Source of the DNA: Mytilus galloprovincialis
Taxonomy: Eukaryota
Assembly (NCBI RefSeq): GCF_965363235.1
Contig: NC_134847.1
Location: 70,109,664-70,173,663, forward strand
DNA: 64,000 bases
Direction: 5' to 3'
The translations under genes and the position numbers were made by a program. Below are positions 39,106-51,419 of this stretch, one piece after another. Each line of letters opens with the position of its first letter. Positions within the stretch are counted from its first letter, which is position 1. The notes under the pieces were generated by a model, which worked only from the letters and a program-made list of their open reading frames with translations, was not told where the DNA came from and did no database searches.

Positions 39106-39484
39106 GGACCAATTGTATTTTTGCTAATTGTTAATTTTGTGGCTTTGGTAAAGTCTGCATAATAGGAATTTAACTTTCATTGAACATTTGAAATTGTAGT
39201 TTATCTAAACCAACGAAATCCATAAAAATTTATGTTTCACACAATTGATAATTATTCCACAGTAGTTACAGAAAAAGACATTATGTTAGATAAGATAACA
39301 AAATGTTTACAAATATAAAAAGGAGACACCAATTTCTCATTAAACCTGTACTTTGAAATATAGAAAGAAACTTACTTTTATTATCATTATTATACAGTAT
39401 TTATAACAGCTCATTACATAATATTAAAATTATGCTAAGAGCTTTACAACATATATCCGCTTTAAATGTAAATATTTGTTGCAG

Positions 39485-39583
39485 AGGTTTAATGCTGCCT
39501 AAAGTTGTAGTTGATGATTTTGGTGGAACCAGAACAGATGCAGGAATGCTGGGAAATGGAATCTACTTTGCCAGTTCTGCTAG
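39485..39583 (+). CDS. PARP4: PARP4-like exon 10 (catalytic). (R)GLMLPKVVVDDFGGTRTDAGMLGNGIYFASSA
   Basis: Aligns to human GLLLPKVVEDRGVQRTDVGNLGSGIYFSDSLS. Acceptor ttgttgcag|, donor ag|gtatgt. Confidence 0.85.
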
Positions 39584-40004
39584 GTATGTAAATGTGATTC
39601 TGTTTGTAACATTCATTCAATTTTCATAACATCTATTCACAGAAGGTAAGATACATGTGAATATAAATACTGGAAGTTCAGAAATAATTGCATGCATTTA
39701 TGATTGTCATTGTTGAAGATCTAACCAAAATGTAAGACTGGTTATTGCGATTTCAGCTTTAATCTCCATAAAGATATATATGTATCCAATATCAGAAAAT
39801 ACGATTTCTTATAATTGCGATACTCATCCAGTCCCATTATTAACATTTATAAAAATCCTTGCATCAATTTATTTAGAGATTAAAACATAAATGTTTGGAA
39901 ATGCAACTTACTTTTATTTTTCCAAAGTGCAAAGTGCTAATTGTATAATTGGGGGCCAAAAAAGTTGGTAACATCAAAATATATAATGAACAACATCTAA
40001 TATA

Positions 40005-40164
40005 TTTATATTACAGTACCAGTATACAGTACTCAGACCAAAGTTAATGTAAGGGTACAAGAATGATGCTAGTCAGTAATGTTGTTTATATTACAGTACC
40101 AGTATACAGTACTCAGACCAAAGTAAATGTAAGGGTACCAGAATGATGCTAGTCAGTAATGTTG
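40005..40164 (+). repeat. Tandem duplication of 80 bp, 2 copies with 2 mismatches. It spans the 3' splice site and the first 68 nt of PARP4 catalytic exon 11.
   Basis: 40005–40084 matches 40085–40164. The upstream copy carries agtTaa (a TAA stop in frame). The downstream, functional copy has agtAaa. Confidence 0.9.
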
Positions 40165-40280
40165 CCCTTGGCAACTGTAAAGATTTCACTGAGTACCAAA
40201 AAGACCTACAGGGACCTCCAGAGGGTTATGAAAGCTGTCATGGTGTAGCTTCATCAGAAGATCAACCTTCAGAATTCAAG
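40097..40280 (+). CDS. PARP4: PARP4-like exon 11 (catalytic). STSIQYSDQSKCKGTRMMLVSNVALGNCKDFTEYQKDLQGPPEGYESCHGVASSEDQPSEFK
   Basis: Aligns to human TSIKYSHPGETDGTRLLLICDVALGKCMDLHEKDFSLTEAPPGYDSVHGV. It uses the second of two tandem ttacag acceptors (see the duplication finding). Confidence 0.85.
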
Positions 40281-40620
40281 GTATACAATCTGAGGCAATG
40301 CACCTTCTGTGTTGTGATGAAATTAAAAATAACAATCCTGACATTTCGGGTTTTTTTTTTTTTTATCTTTTACATCACAATATACTCAGACATTCCAAAA
40401 AACTTTCCTTTCTTTTCAGAATATAAATAATTTACCACTTATGACTTATTAAAAATCTAAGCAAGGGAAGTAATTCTTTGCCGTCAATCCAGTTTTCTGC
40501 TAATTCTTAAATAGAAAATACAATGTCCAATGAGTGTTAAGCATGTAATACATAACTTTTTTCTATTTAGAATCAGTTCTTTTATTAGCTGTACAATGAA
40601 TAATTTGTCTTCAAACACAG

Positions 40621-40765
40621 GATAATGAGTTTGTAATATACAACACTGACCAACAGATGACACAGTACTTGGTAGAGTTCTCTGTCAAGGGAGATAATAA
40701 GAAGACATTGAGTATAGAGGAACTGTCAGACGAAATAGAGGAAGACTCAGAAGTAGAAGATAAAA
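40621..40765 (+). CDS. PARP4: PARP4-like exon 12 (catalytic Glu region). DNEFVIYNTDQQMTQYLVEFSVKGDNKKTLSIEELSDEIEEDSEVEDK
   Basis: Aligns to human DDEFVVYKTNQVKMKYIIKFSMPGDQIK. Acceptor aacacag|, donor aaa a|gtaaat, phase 1. Confidence 0.8.
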
Positions 40766-41216
40766 GTAAATCAGTCCAAATAATTTTAATACATTCAAAT
40801 AAAATACAGGATACCAAATTACCAGGCCATAATTTAACACAGTACTATTTATAGAATTGATAGCCAATGGAGACAACTCTCCATCAGTGACCAAATGACA
40901 TAGAAGTTAATGGCACAAAATCTATAGATCACTGTACAGCATTCAACAATGAACAATAATTTGAAACATTAATCATCTTGTAAGTTGCTTTTGAGGATTG
41001 TAACAGGCTTTAACTGTTTTCTTACAGACTAACATAATTATGATCCAAAAAATATATTGTTAATATTCCACGTTATTTTTAATTTTTCAAATATGATAAC
41101 TATTGCAACCATGTCAACTTATTGGATCTTTTGATAAATATCTTCTTAGTTGGCATGTTCACTTGATATTATAGTTGCAAAAACATTTTTAATACAATAA
41201 ATTATATATATTTCAG

Positions 41217-41350
41217 TTGATTTAAAAGATGTTTCTGGAATAAAGAATCCCATGGACAAAGTAGAGCCAGGATTGGTATCTACCTCAGGAGAATCATGTG
41301 TTCTTAAATCAGTCCATATCAGAGCTCAGCTTATGGACTTGGCCTCAAAG
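41217..41350 (+). CDS. PARP4: PARP4-like exon 13. IDLKDVSGIKNPMDKVEPGLVSTSGESCVLKSVHIRAQLMDLASK
   Basis: Aligns to human GLQDASGNLVPLEDVHIKGRIIDTVAQV. Acceptor tatttcag|, donor aag|gtatga. Confidence 0.75.
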
Positions 41351-42613
41351 GTATGATTATCACAAGAACTGTTACTATAATAAATGTTTTTAATTCCCTC
41401 ACCATCACTCGAAGGGGCATTAATTTTAACCATTGTTCCTATGTCCATACATAGGTACATAAGGGCATGTACTTCCCTACATTTGTTTCTTTTCTCTAAC
41501 TTTAGTTTGACTCAATCAAATGTTATGAAACTTATGCACAGTGTGTATTACCACAAAACACTGATCAAATTTGAAATTTGGGTGATGTCACATTTACCAT
41601 TCTTGAGTTATATCCCTTCATAATATTATATGCAAATGGGGGCATCATCTGTGTTTCATGAACATACTCTCCATTCATTTTTATACGCCTGTCAAAATTT
41701 TGACAGGACGTATTATGGTATACAAATGTCAGGTGTCCGTCTGTCTGTCCGTCCGTCTGTCCAGCATCCACATGTCGCACCGTAACTTGAGAACCCCTTA
41801 TCCAAATTTCATGAAACTTAACATAGTTGTTTCTCATGATGGTCAAACGATCTGTATACTTTTTGGTGAAAATAGGATTTTAACTCAAAATCTCAAAAAT
41901 GATTTATGATTATTGCTTAAAACTTTACACACTTCTTAGTTATATTAATCTTAAGATCTGTATACTTTTTGGTGATGATTCAAAATTTTATTTTTGCTTT
42001 ATTAAGTTTTTTGTAAAAAAAAATGGTTTTTTTTCATATGTCACGCTGTATCTCAGAAACTAATTATGATTATTGCATAAAACTTCATTAACAAGACGAA
42101 GGGCGTATCATGTGCTCATGGTGCAGCTGTTTATTAATTGTCTTTCCAGATGGATTGGTTTAATTTCAACTAGCTAGTTTCCTAGGCAAAGAAAATACAA
42201 TTTTGTTAGCCTCTAATCTAGTTAAACTTCACATGCTGCAGGTATAGGAATGGATAAGATATCTTTGAGAAAATCAGACACAATAGATCTAGTGTTACAA
42301 CAACATTTTATAATTAGGTGTCACAAAAATACCTCACTAACCTTGTTTCTACTGGTACTTTACAAACATGTTATATCTTTCTCTTACATTATTTTATATT
42401 ATACATCAAGTGGACCATCACCATCAAATGGTACAAGCTGGTATAGTTGAGTCCAAGGTGGATACTGATGTTGTCTTGTGAAAATAAACCTATAAAAAGA
42501 CAACTGCAAATTATATTATCCTGAAGACGCCACTGTTAGTTGCCAAAAAGCATTTCCTTGCAAAAATTCTGGATGTTGTCTTTTATCATAGTTTTGTTAT
42601 TTTATATTGTTAG

Positions 42614-42838
42614 GTTGTAGTACTCCAAGAATACCACAACACTAGTACCTCTACTCTAGAAGCTAAGTATGTGTTTCCATTAGATGATATGGCTGCTGTT
42701 TGTGGATTTGAAGCTTTTATCAACGGTAAACATATCGTGGGAGAAGTAAAGGAGAAGGAGACGGCTCACAAGGAATACAAGAAGGCAATAAGTGAAGGAC
42801 ATGGAGCTTATCTCATGGATCAGGATGAAGAAACTCCG
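42614..42838 (+). CDS. PARP4: PARP4-like exon 14 (VIT domain). VVVLQEYHNTSTSTLEAKYVFPLDDMAAVCGFEAFINGKHIVGEVKEKETAHKEYKKAISEGHGAYLMDQDEETP
   Basis: Near-identical motif to human AKYIFPLDDKAAVCGFEAFINGKHIVGEIKEKEEAQQEY…GHGAYLMSQD. Phase 0. Confidence 0.9.
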
Positions 42839-43542
42839 GTAAATAAATTCTAGTTCTGTGCTGTTAAGATCTTCTCTTGATAGATTGGTTTTTATTGGCT
42901 TCAAGTGAGGAGCTTGTAATTTAGTGGATGTCGTTTGTTCATGTGTTACATAATTGTTTTTTTTTTGTTTTTTTTTTTGTACATTAATAAGGCCGTTAGT
43001 TTACCTGTTTCAATAGTTATTTCAGGGCCTTTAATAGCTAACTATGCCGTATGTGCCTTTGTTTATTGTTGAAGGCCATACAGTGACCTATAGTTGCTTA
43101 TTTCTGTTTTAATTTGGTCTCTTGCTGAGAGTTGTCCCATTGGCAATCATACCACATCTTTCTTATATTCAGCAAAAATGTAGGACTAAAAACAGCGGTA
43201 GCCGTTAGTTTGGTGTTGAATAATTTTGACTATGCAACAAAACTGGTTTCAAATTAGGAATTATACTGTTTGCAGGATTTATTTGATATCCCTTTTAAAT
43301 ATTGAGATTTTAAATCAAGCATGTTACTTTGAAATATGTATCAAAATTGAGTTGGTTTGAAGAATTTTCACACAGGATTACATTTAAAACATTATGTTTG
43401 AATATTTTTTATTGGTGATAGAGGCTATGAATTACAAATATTATTAAACAAGGTTATAAGTGATATATTTTGTCTGATTGTAATGCATTTGTAAAATTCT
43501 CTGTTTGAAAAGGATATCATGAATATGGAATTTCTTTTTTAG

Positions 43543-43698
43543 GATGTATTTACTGTCAGTGTGGGTAATCTACCACCAGGTTGTGTAGCCCTCATCAAGA
43601 TAACTTATGTATCAGAATTACAAGTGGAGGGAGAATTGATTAACTTCACAATTCCTGGATCTGTGGCTCCTTGGAAACAGGGACCCAGTAATACTGAG
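43543..43698 (+). CDS. PARP4: PARP4-like exon 15 (VIT). DVFTVSVGNLPPGCVALIKITYVSELQVEGELINFTIPGSVAPWKQGPSNTE
   Basis: Aligns to human DVFTVSVGNLPPKAKVLIKITYITELSILG…ATVAPWQQ. Acceptor ttttttag|, donor gag|gtaagg. Confidence 0.9.
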
Positions 43699-44129
43699 GT
43701 AAGGGAGGTAATCTATAATATGAGGGTCTCATTTGGGGTCTGATCCAGGATCATGCTTATTGTTTTGTCAGATTAAAGTAGCCCATTCATCATTGTAATA
43801 AGTCAATGGAGATAATTGCAAATAGACTGAGACAATTTGTTTGTCCCTAGATATTTTTTGTGGCAAAAATAGAAGTCTTTCAATATACAGTACAAATGCT
43901 AGTTACAAAGAGAATGAGAAGGATATAATTACTACAGGAATATATTAAACTGATTGATTTCTTTGTTCTGTTTGTCAGTAGAGAAGCAGAGAGCCTATAA
44001 CATTGATGTAAAAGAGATAAGTTAAGTAAAGGGAAAGATTTATTAATTGCTTTATTATAAGTAATCTCTAAACAAAAAGGAAATACAAGAACAAATTGGA
44101 ATAGTTCAAAGTTGCAAGAGTACCAATGA

Positions 44130-44262
44130 ATTTCAGTAGCGTCTTTTTATCACAGAACACCACAGAATACGACAGAACACTCAATATATACCAAAGAACA
44201 CTCAATATATACCAAAGAACACTCAATATATACCACAGAACTACACAAATTACAATAAAACT
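44130..44262. repeat. 21-bp tandem repeat (gaacactcaatatataccaaa)×~5 in PARP4 intron 15.
   Basis: Direct repetition. Confidence 0.8.
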
Positions 44263-44395
44263 ACTGAAATATACCATTGAACATCAAAACATCAAAACTG
44301 CAAATCTAATAATTTCTGTATTCTTGGACCTGTTAATGTGTTTGTTGTAACAAAAAAAAAGAGAAATGTGAATGATAACTGTATTATATTTTCAG

Positions 44396-44488
44396 AGTTC
44401 AGAAGACAGTTGTAGTATACAAGTCTCCATACAGATGCCATTTGATATTAGAACTATAACATGCCCAACACATCAAATCAGAAAAAAG
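44396..44488 (+). CDS. PARP4: PARP4-like exon 16. SSEDSCSIQVSIQMPFDIRTITCPTHQIRKK
   Basis: Aligns to human SFSLTMSIEMPYVIEFIFSDTHELKQK. About 15 human residues before it have no counterpart, so a short exon may have been missed in 43699–44395. Confidence 0.7.
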
Positions 44489-44934
44489 GTCTGTATTCTT
44501 ATTTCTGTACATGTCATATTGTATCGACACCAGTCATGTTCAAAACAGTAGGTTGCACTCTAGATGAATGTTTTGCTTTTTTGTGTCATTTGGTAGCTGT
44601 TTTAGTGCAAAATATTGATTCTTAAAAAAATACACCTTTTAAATATAGTTTAATTACTGTGGATTCATTATTATTAGTTGGATGCCAATTTTCGTGGGTT
44701 TCACAGGTACAGGTGATAAATAAATCAAAATGTTTAATGTATTAAAAATTTCCTATAGTCTTTGTTAGTAGAGATTGACAAAACCACTAAATCAAATACC
44801 CATGAAAATGCACAATTTATACCCACTAAAATAAATGGATCCTCAGTATATTTTTTGCCAGGTAATACTGTCTCATTTCAATATACGCCAATTTGCTTAA
44901 TTCATGCTTTATAACAATGATTTTATAATTCTAG

Positions 44935-45069
44935 AAAACAGCCACAAGTTGTATCATTGAGATGATTGGGCAGAAAATATCTGATGGATTTCAGTTACTG
45001 ATAGGACTGGCTGAAATACATGTTCCGAGGATGTGGGTCGAGGTAGATAGTGAAGGGACACAGACTGAG
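44935..45069 (+). CDS. PARP4: PARP4-like exon 17. KTATSCIIEMIGQKISDGFQLLIGLAEIHVPRMWVEVDSEGTQTE
   Basis: Aligns to human RTDCKAVISTMEGSSLDSSGFSLHIGLSAAYLPRMWVEKHPEKESE. Confidence 0.85.
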
Positions 45070-45237
45070 GTACTTGTAAATTTCATTTGTTAAAAAAGCA
45101 ACCATATAATGCAAAACTAATAGATCAGTTATTGAAATGAGGGTAAAACATTGTTATCTTTACATTATTTTCATTTTGACCTTTGACCTATTTAATACAG
45201 TATACAGAAACTAAAAATCACACAATTGTTTTTTTAG

Positions 45238-45424
45238 GCGGCCATGTTGACATTTTATCCAGAATTTGAAGCAGCAGAAGACAATGAAACAGAGATAATA
45301 CTTGTCCTTGACCTTTCAAATTCAATGAAGGGGAAAGCTTTGTTGGAAGCCAAGAAAATTTTACTGCTGACATTAAATCACTTGACAGCTCATAGTTTGT
45401 TTAACATTGTAGTATTTGGCACAA
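45238..45424 (+). CDS. PARP4: PARP4-like exon 18 (vWA, with the MIDAS DxSxS motif). AAMLTFYPEFEAAEDNETEIILVLDLSNSMKGKALLEAKKILLLTLNHLTAHSLFNIVVFGT
   Basis: Aligns to human ACMLVFQPDLDVDLPDLASESEVIICLDCSSSMEGVTFLQAKQIALHALSLV…IIQFGT. The donor a|gtaagt is a perfect consensus, phase 1. Confidence 0.9.
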
Positions 45425-45820
45425 GTAAGTTCTGAACCATATATTTTATGCTGTATTAACAGGCTTAGTAAACTGAAAGAAACCTCACTTGAAATTAAAC
45501 CTTTGCTTAATAATTCAGAACAATAAACAATATATGTTTATGTTTTAAAAATTTAACTGTAAAAGCAAGTGTTATAGAATATAAACAGTATACTGTTTCA
45601 TCCATTATATCAAATTACTGAACAGGATAAAACTTTACTCATGCCAAGTATTTCTTTATTTGAAACAAAGATAAATTCTGCACAATTTTTTTGGAATGTG
45701 CAAATTTAACATAGTCTGATAGGGGAAAATCAATGGTGGTATTGCACATGAATCAGTATCTGACAGTATTTTGTTGCCATGCATTTGCTATCTCACATGA
45801 CATTACTTTTGTATTACCTA

Positions 45821-45894
45821 GGTTATAAAGAATTATTCCCAACCAGCCAAATGAAATCAAAAAGTAGTCTGAAGGTTGCAGAACAGTTTGTTCA
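45821..45894 (+). CDS. PARP4: PARP4-like exon 19 (vWA). SYKELFPTSQMKSKSSLKVAEQFVQ
   Basis: Aligns to human GYKELFSYPKHITSNTMAAEFIMS. Acceptor ttacctag|, donor cag|gtattg. Confidence 0.85.
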
Positions 45895-46145
45895 GGTATT
45901 GCATTTAGACTTGACTAGCTGTTAGTTTTTATTTTCTTCACATTTATTGTTCATGATTGTTGAATTAATTTATTAAGTATTGTATAATAATGTAATAAGT
46001 TGATTTGAGAGCAAAATTATAATTCCTTGATGAAAAATAAAGGTAAACAGTCATGTCTTTTGTATAATATTCTACATAAAATTATGAATGCTTTCAGGAA
46101 GTCTTGATTAGATATCATAAATGAATATCTGGTATACTTTTACAG

Positions 46146-46333
46146 GGAATACATGCTAGTATGGGTAGCACAGAGGTATATCGCCCTCTCCACAGTTTCT
46201 TCCTCCTAAAATCTGAAAATTCTTTGAGAAATGTCTTTATAATATCTGACGGCCATATTAACAATGAGGAGACAACTCTTAAAGCTGTTCATGACAACTG
46301 TCAGCACACAAGGATCTTTACATTTGGTGTCAG
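46146..46333 (+). CDS. PARP4: PARP4-like exon 20 (vWA). GIHASMGSTEVYRPLHSFFLLKSENSLRNVFIISDGHINNEETTLKAVHDNCQHTRIFTFGV
   Basis: Aligns to human TPTMGNTDFWKTLRYLSLLYPARGSRNILLVSDGHLQDESLTLQLVKRSRPHTRLFACGIG. Donor ag|gtaagc, phase 2. Confidence 0.9.
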
Positions 46334-47025
46334 GTAAGCAAATGTTTAAAACAATTGTGTGTATTTACAATTTATTCATACATTATAAGAAAAAGTTTTT
46401 TTTATTGTGAAAAATAATTGAAAGGAAATGGGGAATGTGTCAAAGTGACAACAACCCGACCATAGAGCAGACAACAGCCAAAGGCCACCAATGGGTCTTC
46501 AATGTAGCGAAAAACTACCGCACTGAAAGCAAATTCAGGATGGAAAAATTAATTTGATATGGCTATGAACACTGCTGTGTAGCAGACTGAATTCTGAGCT
46601 AGATTTTCTGATTCTTCCAATGCTAGTTCTGTGGTAATAGTTGAAATAAAGATATGACAACTTACCTGCACACATTATGTGAACTTCTTACCAGCTGGTG
46701 TCCTATTCTAACTCAATAATACTGTATTGTTAGCAGAGAAGCAGCCAAATACCAATTTTAAATTCTTTGTTTTGATTCTGATAACAAGCAAACCCATACC
46801 CTGCCACACTCAATGTGAGTAAGATACCACATAAATACCATTGCAGTTGTGTTGTGTCGAGAGAAAAAACAACACTAGTATTTCGCACTGCTATGCCACA
46901 AATAATAAAATAGATTGGAAGTACCTGTACTAATTTGATAATTATTAAGGTACATTTTCAGGACAAAAGGTAGTGTGCTGTGTGAGTATTGATGTAAATA
47001 AAAACATTGTTTACTTATATTTCAG

Positions 47026-47125
47026 TTCTATTGCTAACAAACATGTATTAAAGGCCATGTCTAGACTTGGAGCAGGTTCCTTTGAATATTTTGATTCTCA
47101 TGCAAAATCAAAGTGGGAAAGTAAG
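47026..47125 (+). CDS. PARP4: PARP4-like exon 21. SSIANKHVLKAMSRLGAGSFEYFDSHAKSKWESK
   Basis: Aligns to human STANRHVLRILSQCGAGVFEYFNAKSKHSWRKQ. Confidence 0.9.
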
Positions 47126-47581
47126 GTAAGATGTGACATGTTTACAGATAGATGCATATTTTTTTTTAAAAGTTTATGGGAATAAGTTACAATAAGCAAA
47201 GAACAGCATTACTTTATATATTTGTAAGTACATGTTTTTGTAATTTTATATTATATTGTTGTTTCTGTAAGATTTCTTTTTATTTCATGATAGCATATAT
47301 ATGTTATGGTAAATTCTATGTTTCACTATTATTTTTCTCAGTTCAGATAGGAGGAAGTGTGTTGCTGATAGAGTAAGTGTGGGGAAAATGTAAACAAATA
47401 ACATTTTACTGCTTAATATATATGTGATGGCATTGTACATCTTTAAACGTTTTGTGGTATTGAGCTATCAAAAATAGAATTTATTGACCCTATTATTATT
47501 TTATATACAATTTGCAAGACATTTTCAAAAATATGTTGATCATTTAATATATCTCGGGGCTAATTAATTCTTTGTTTACAG

Positions 47582-47746
47582 GTGAAATCCCAAATTCAGA
47601 AGACCTCTCAGCCAGTGCTGACCTCTGTATCAGTTGTTTGGCAACAGTTTGATAATCCTCCTCCAGTTCAAGCTCCACAACAAATCACAGCTCTGTTTAA
47701 TGGCTCCAGACTTGTGGTATATGGATTTGTCAGCAATTGCAAAATG
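47582..47746 (+). CDS. PARP4: PARP4-like exon 22. VKSQIQKTSQPVLTSVSVVWQQFDNPPPVQAPQQITALFNGSRLVVYGFVSNCKM
   Basis: Aligns to human SVSVKWQQLNPDVPEALQAPAQVPSLFLNDRLLVYGFIPHC. Confidence 0.9.
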
Positions 47747-48578
47747 GTAATTGATTATGTAGGACAATTGTTGATTCGGCAAAGTGGAATTTTTCATCTT
47801 CAAGGAAATTGACAATTTGACAATTGATTTTGAAGTATAAAAACTAGAACAAGTATTTTAGGACCTGATTTATTGTCCTCTCAGTACTGTAAATTTAGAA
47901 ATTATTGCGATGTTTTTATTATTGTGGAAAATGGCTTATAATGGCAATAATTTAAACTCTCATTTTGAATTTTTTATATGAATTAAATAGGATTTTTATC
48001 AATATTGCATAACTTAAATGACAAAATCGCAGTAACAAATGCACGTAATAATTTCTGAATTTACAGTTACATATATGGTTCTCCTTAACAGATTTTTTAG
48101 CCATATTAAGAGTATTAATAGTCATTGTATTTTAATGAATTGAAATTTATACAGATAACCAAGAAATTAATAGTATAAGAAGATGTGGTATGAGTGCCAA
48201 TGAGAGAACTCTCTATCCAAGTCATAATTTGTAAATAATAAACCATTATAGGTCATAGGTTTCAACTAGGAGCCTAAGCTCACACTGAACAACAAGTTAT
48301 AAAGATGTAAAAAAACATTCAAACAGTAAAGCCAACAGTCTAATATATATAAAAAAAAACAAGAAATGAGAAAAACTTATGAACCATATAAACAAACAAC
48401 AATCACAGAACATCAGGTTTTTGACTTTAGAAATTTAGTGCAAATTAACAAATGCATTAGGTTTAAACCTTTTAATAGGCGCCAACCTTCACCCTAACCT
48501 GAAACAATAATGTTACATCACAACATATAAAACACTATACAATATCAATTGAAATGGCTTTGATTTTGTATATTTTAG

Positions 48579-48659
48579 GCTACATTGAAGGCTGAGATAG
48601 GAGGGCAACAGATATCAACAGTAGTGTACACATCAGAATTAAGTATGACGAAAGGAAAG
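48579..48659 (+). CDS. PARP4: PARP4-like exon 23. ATLKAEIGGQQISTVVYTSELSMTKGK
   Basis: Aligns to human ATLCALIQEKEFRTMVSTTELQKTTGT. Confidence 0.85.
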
Positions 48660-49107
48660 GTAAAAAATAAATAGCAATTTTGAAATTTACAAGGTGCTAT
48701 ATGTGTTTTACAATAGAAGGTCTGAAGACAGAGTTATCATCCTTTGCTTTTCTTTGTCTACAAATATAGTCTCTAGTATGGACAGTGTATAACTTGCAAT
48801 GTTTTTTTCAGATTTTTTATAATTTGGATAAATTATTTACATTGTTTTATTAAAATCAAATGTGAGAATATGAGTCAAATGGATGAACATAAATTTGACA
48901 GCTAGTGCCCCTTCAATTCTTGAATACTATATTCATATCTATATTGGTAGATATGATTATACTTAAATGGCCAGATAATATTAAAAATAAGTTCTGGAGA
49001 TAATTTAAAAGCATCATTTCAAAAGTGTTAAAAGCAATGTTTCTGATATAAAATTAAATCACTATATTAAATCATCAAATATGAATCTGTAACTTTAACA
49101 TTGACAG

Positions 49108-49188
49108 GTTCTTCACTGCCTGACTGCTAAAGCTGTGATCAGAGACTGGGAAGATGGAATACTCTCCCCTGACAGTATTGACCATCAG
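49108..49188 (+). CDS. PARP4: PARP4-like exon 24. VLHCLTAKAVIRDWEDGILSPDSIDHQ
   Basis: Aligns to human MIHKLAARALIRDYEDGILHENETSHE. Confidence 0.85.
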
Positions 49189-49889
49189 GTATAATTATGC
49201 TTTATAATAGAGCTGACCTTGCAGTGGGTCTCATTGAGGTCTAAACCTGACGCGGGATTGATGATTTTTTTGTAAGCTTAACACGTGAAAGTCAAATTAT
49301 TGTGCCGTGAAAACAGGAAATGAAGTCTAGCGGGACACGGGGAAATTACAAAAAAATGAGAATTGCTTACATACATAGTGTAAGCCGGATATGGGAATCT
49401 GACAAAACAGTAAGTGGGATCCGGGATCAGAACCCCCCTGCATGCAATAGATATTGTCACTTCTAATTTTCATCAATAAATAAAGAGAATCTTAGATTAT
49501 TAAAGTATTAAAAAGGGTATAGATTTGACATACAAAAAAATTCTGTGAAACTTCATGACTGATTTTAGCGCAAAGACGTCATGGCTAAACGTGAAGTCAT
49601 ACCAATGAAAACTTACAAAATGGAGGTTATTACATTACCTCTAGGATTCAAATATAATTGGATAAAATTACATTAAAACGAAGAATTCAAGGTAGGTGTT
49701 GTTTTACTTTCGATAATTTTGTAGTAATCGAACATTTGTTGATACAATTAATTCAAAATGGTGGGTCCCTCCTTAGTTACGCCTGGTCAACTGTGGATTT
49801 GACGGTAACTATTAGCCAATGAAAAAAATTGTTACTTACTTATCGCCTTAGAATTGTACTTCATCTTGCATTCAATTTCTATATTTTAG

Positions 49890-49991
49890 TTAAAGAAGAT
49901 GAATATGAAAGACTATATAATAGAACTTAGTAAGAAATATTCCATTGTTACACAGTTGACAAGCTTTATTGCTGTAGAGAAAAGAGAAAAG
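49890..49991 (+). CDS. PARP4: PARP4-like exon 25. LKKMNMKDYIIELSKKYSIVTQLTSFIAVEKREK
   Basis: Aligns to human MKKQTLKSLIIKLSKENSLITQFTSFVAVEKRDE. Confidence 0.85.
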
Positions 49992-51419
49992 GTAATACTA
50001 AAATTTTGTGTATAAAAAAAAACCAGACAAAATTTTTACGTAGTCATCTCAAAGTCTTGTTGCTGATTGCTTTTATTACCTATTTATAAAGCTACCAGTA
50101 AAATAACATATCTTACACAAAAGTGATAGACCACATAAAACATGTTATTCTAACAAATATGCACACTGTTTAAAAACAAAGACCTAATACTTTTGTTCTT
50201 TTATTAATGTTAAGGTGTACTTAGGTGAAATTAAAGAAAATCAAGAATTAAAAATTGATACTATAAGTCAAATGAGCATACGTTAAGAAACAAAATCAGC
50301 TAAAAATATTGATAGGTTAAGGAGATCCTTTTCAAGATATTTGATTTATAAAAAATGGGGTAAATGGTAACCTTATATTTGCATTGGTATTATTTGGGTT
50401 TCAAATCGAAAGAAAAGAAATCAAGAGTTTGCTAAAACTTTGGTAAATGGCCTTTCATGAGCTATAAAGTCTTATATGAAAAGAAAAATGGGCGCTATGG
50501 GGCAAAATATTTTACCCTGCATCATAAAAGAAGCAAGGAACATCTGACATCTTTACCTAAACTGCACCCAAGTACATCCTTAATGTAAAATAAAAATAAA
50601 ATTTGATGAAATGTTATGTTCAGGCCCGTAGCCAGGAATTTCCAAGGGGTGGGGTATTTGGACTCACTAACTCGACTTTAACAGTCACAATTCAAACAGA
50701 ACGTTGACTTTAACAGTGCTTATTTGTTTTCAAGGGGGAGGTTGTCTGAACCCCCCTGGCTATGGGTATGATGTGTATTATATTGTGGATTATTAACTGA
50801 TTATGATTAATTTTTATGCCCCACCTACGATAGTAGAGGGGCATTATGTTTTCTAGTCTGTGCCTCCGTTCGTTCGTTCATCTGTCTGTTCGCTTCAGGT
50901 TAAAGTTTTTAGTCAAGGTAGTTTTTGAAGAAGTTGAAGTCCAATCAACTTGAAACTTAGTACACATGTTCCCCATGATAAGATCTTTCTAATTTTAATG
51001 CCAAATTATATTTTTGACCCCAATTTCATGGTCGACTGAACATAGAAAATGATAGTGCAAGTTCAGGTTAAAGTTTTTTGTCAAGGTAGTTTTTGATGAA
51101 GTTAAAGTTACATCAACTTGAAACTTAGTACACATGTTCCCTATGATATGGTCTTTCTAATTTTAATTCCAAATTAAAGTTTTGACCCCAATTACACGGT
51201 CCACTGAACATAGAAAATGATAGTGCGAGTGGGGCATCCGTGTACTATGGACACATTCTTGTTTTAGAAATGATATAAAATCTGTCTTCTTCAATTGATG
51301 TATCCGACCTGAGTCACTGCCATTATATTTAACAGATATTTTTAAAGAAGATTCAACCATTTCCAAAACTTGGGTGTATGTCTATGGCTTTTCAAAATCC
51401 TGAATAGATCTAATATATT

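Noticed and set aside
38789-39127. Long + strand ORFs (112 and 97 aa) with highly repetitive peptides (LNTQLLS… / PQYSITQ…).
   Set aside because: They are translations of the 21-bp intronic minisatellite. They have no start context or codon structure beyond the repeat, and they sit inside a PARP4 intron.
40017-40084. Upstream duplicate of PARP4 exon 11 with a perfect acceptor.
   Set aside because: It contains an in-frame TAA (agttaa) and is not followed by a donor. I treat it as a decoy pseudo-exon rather than as coding sequence, and report it as a finding.
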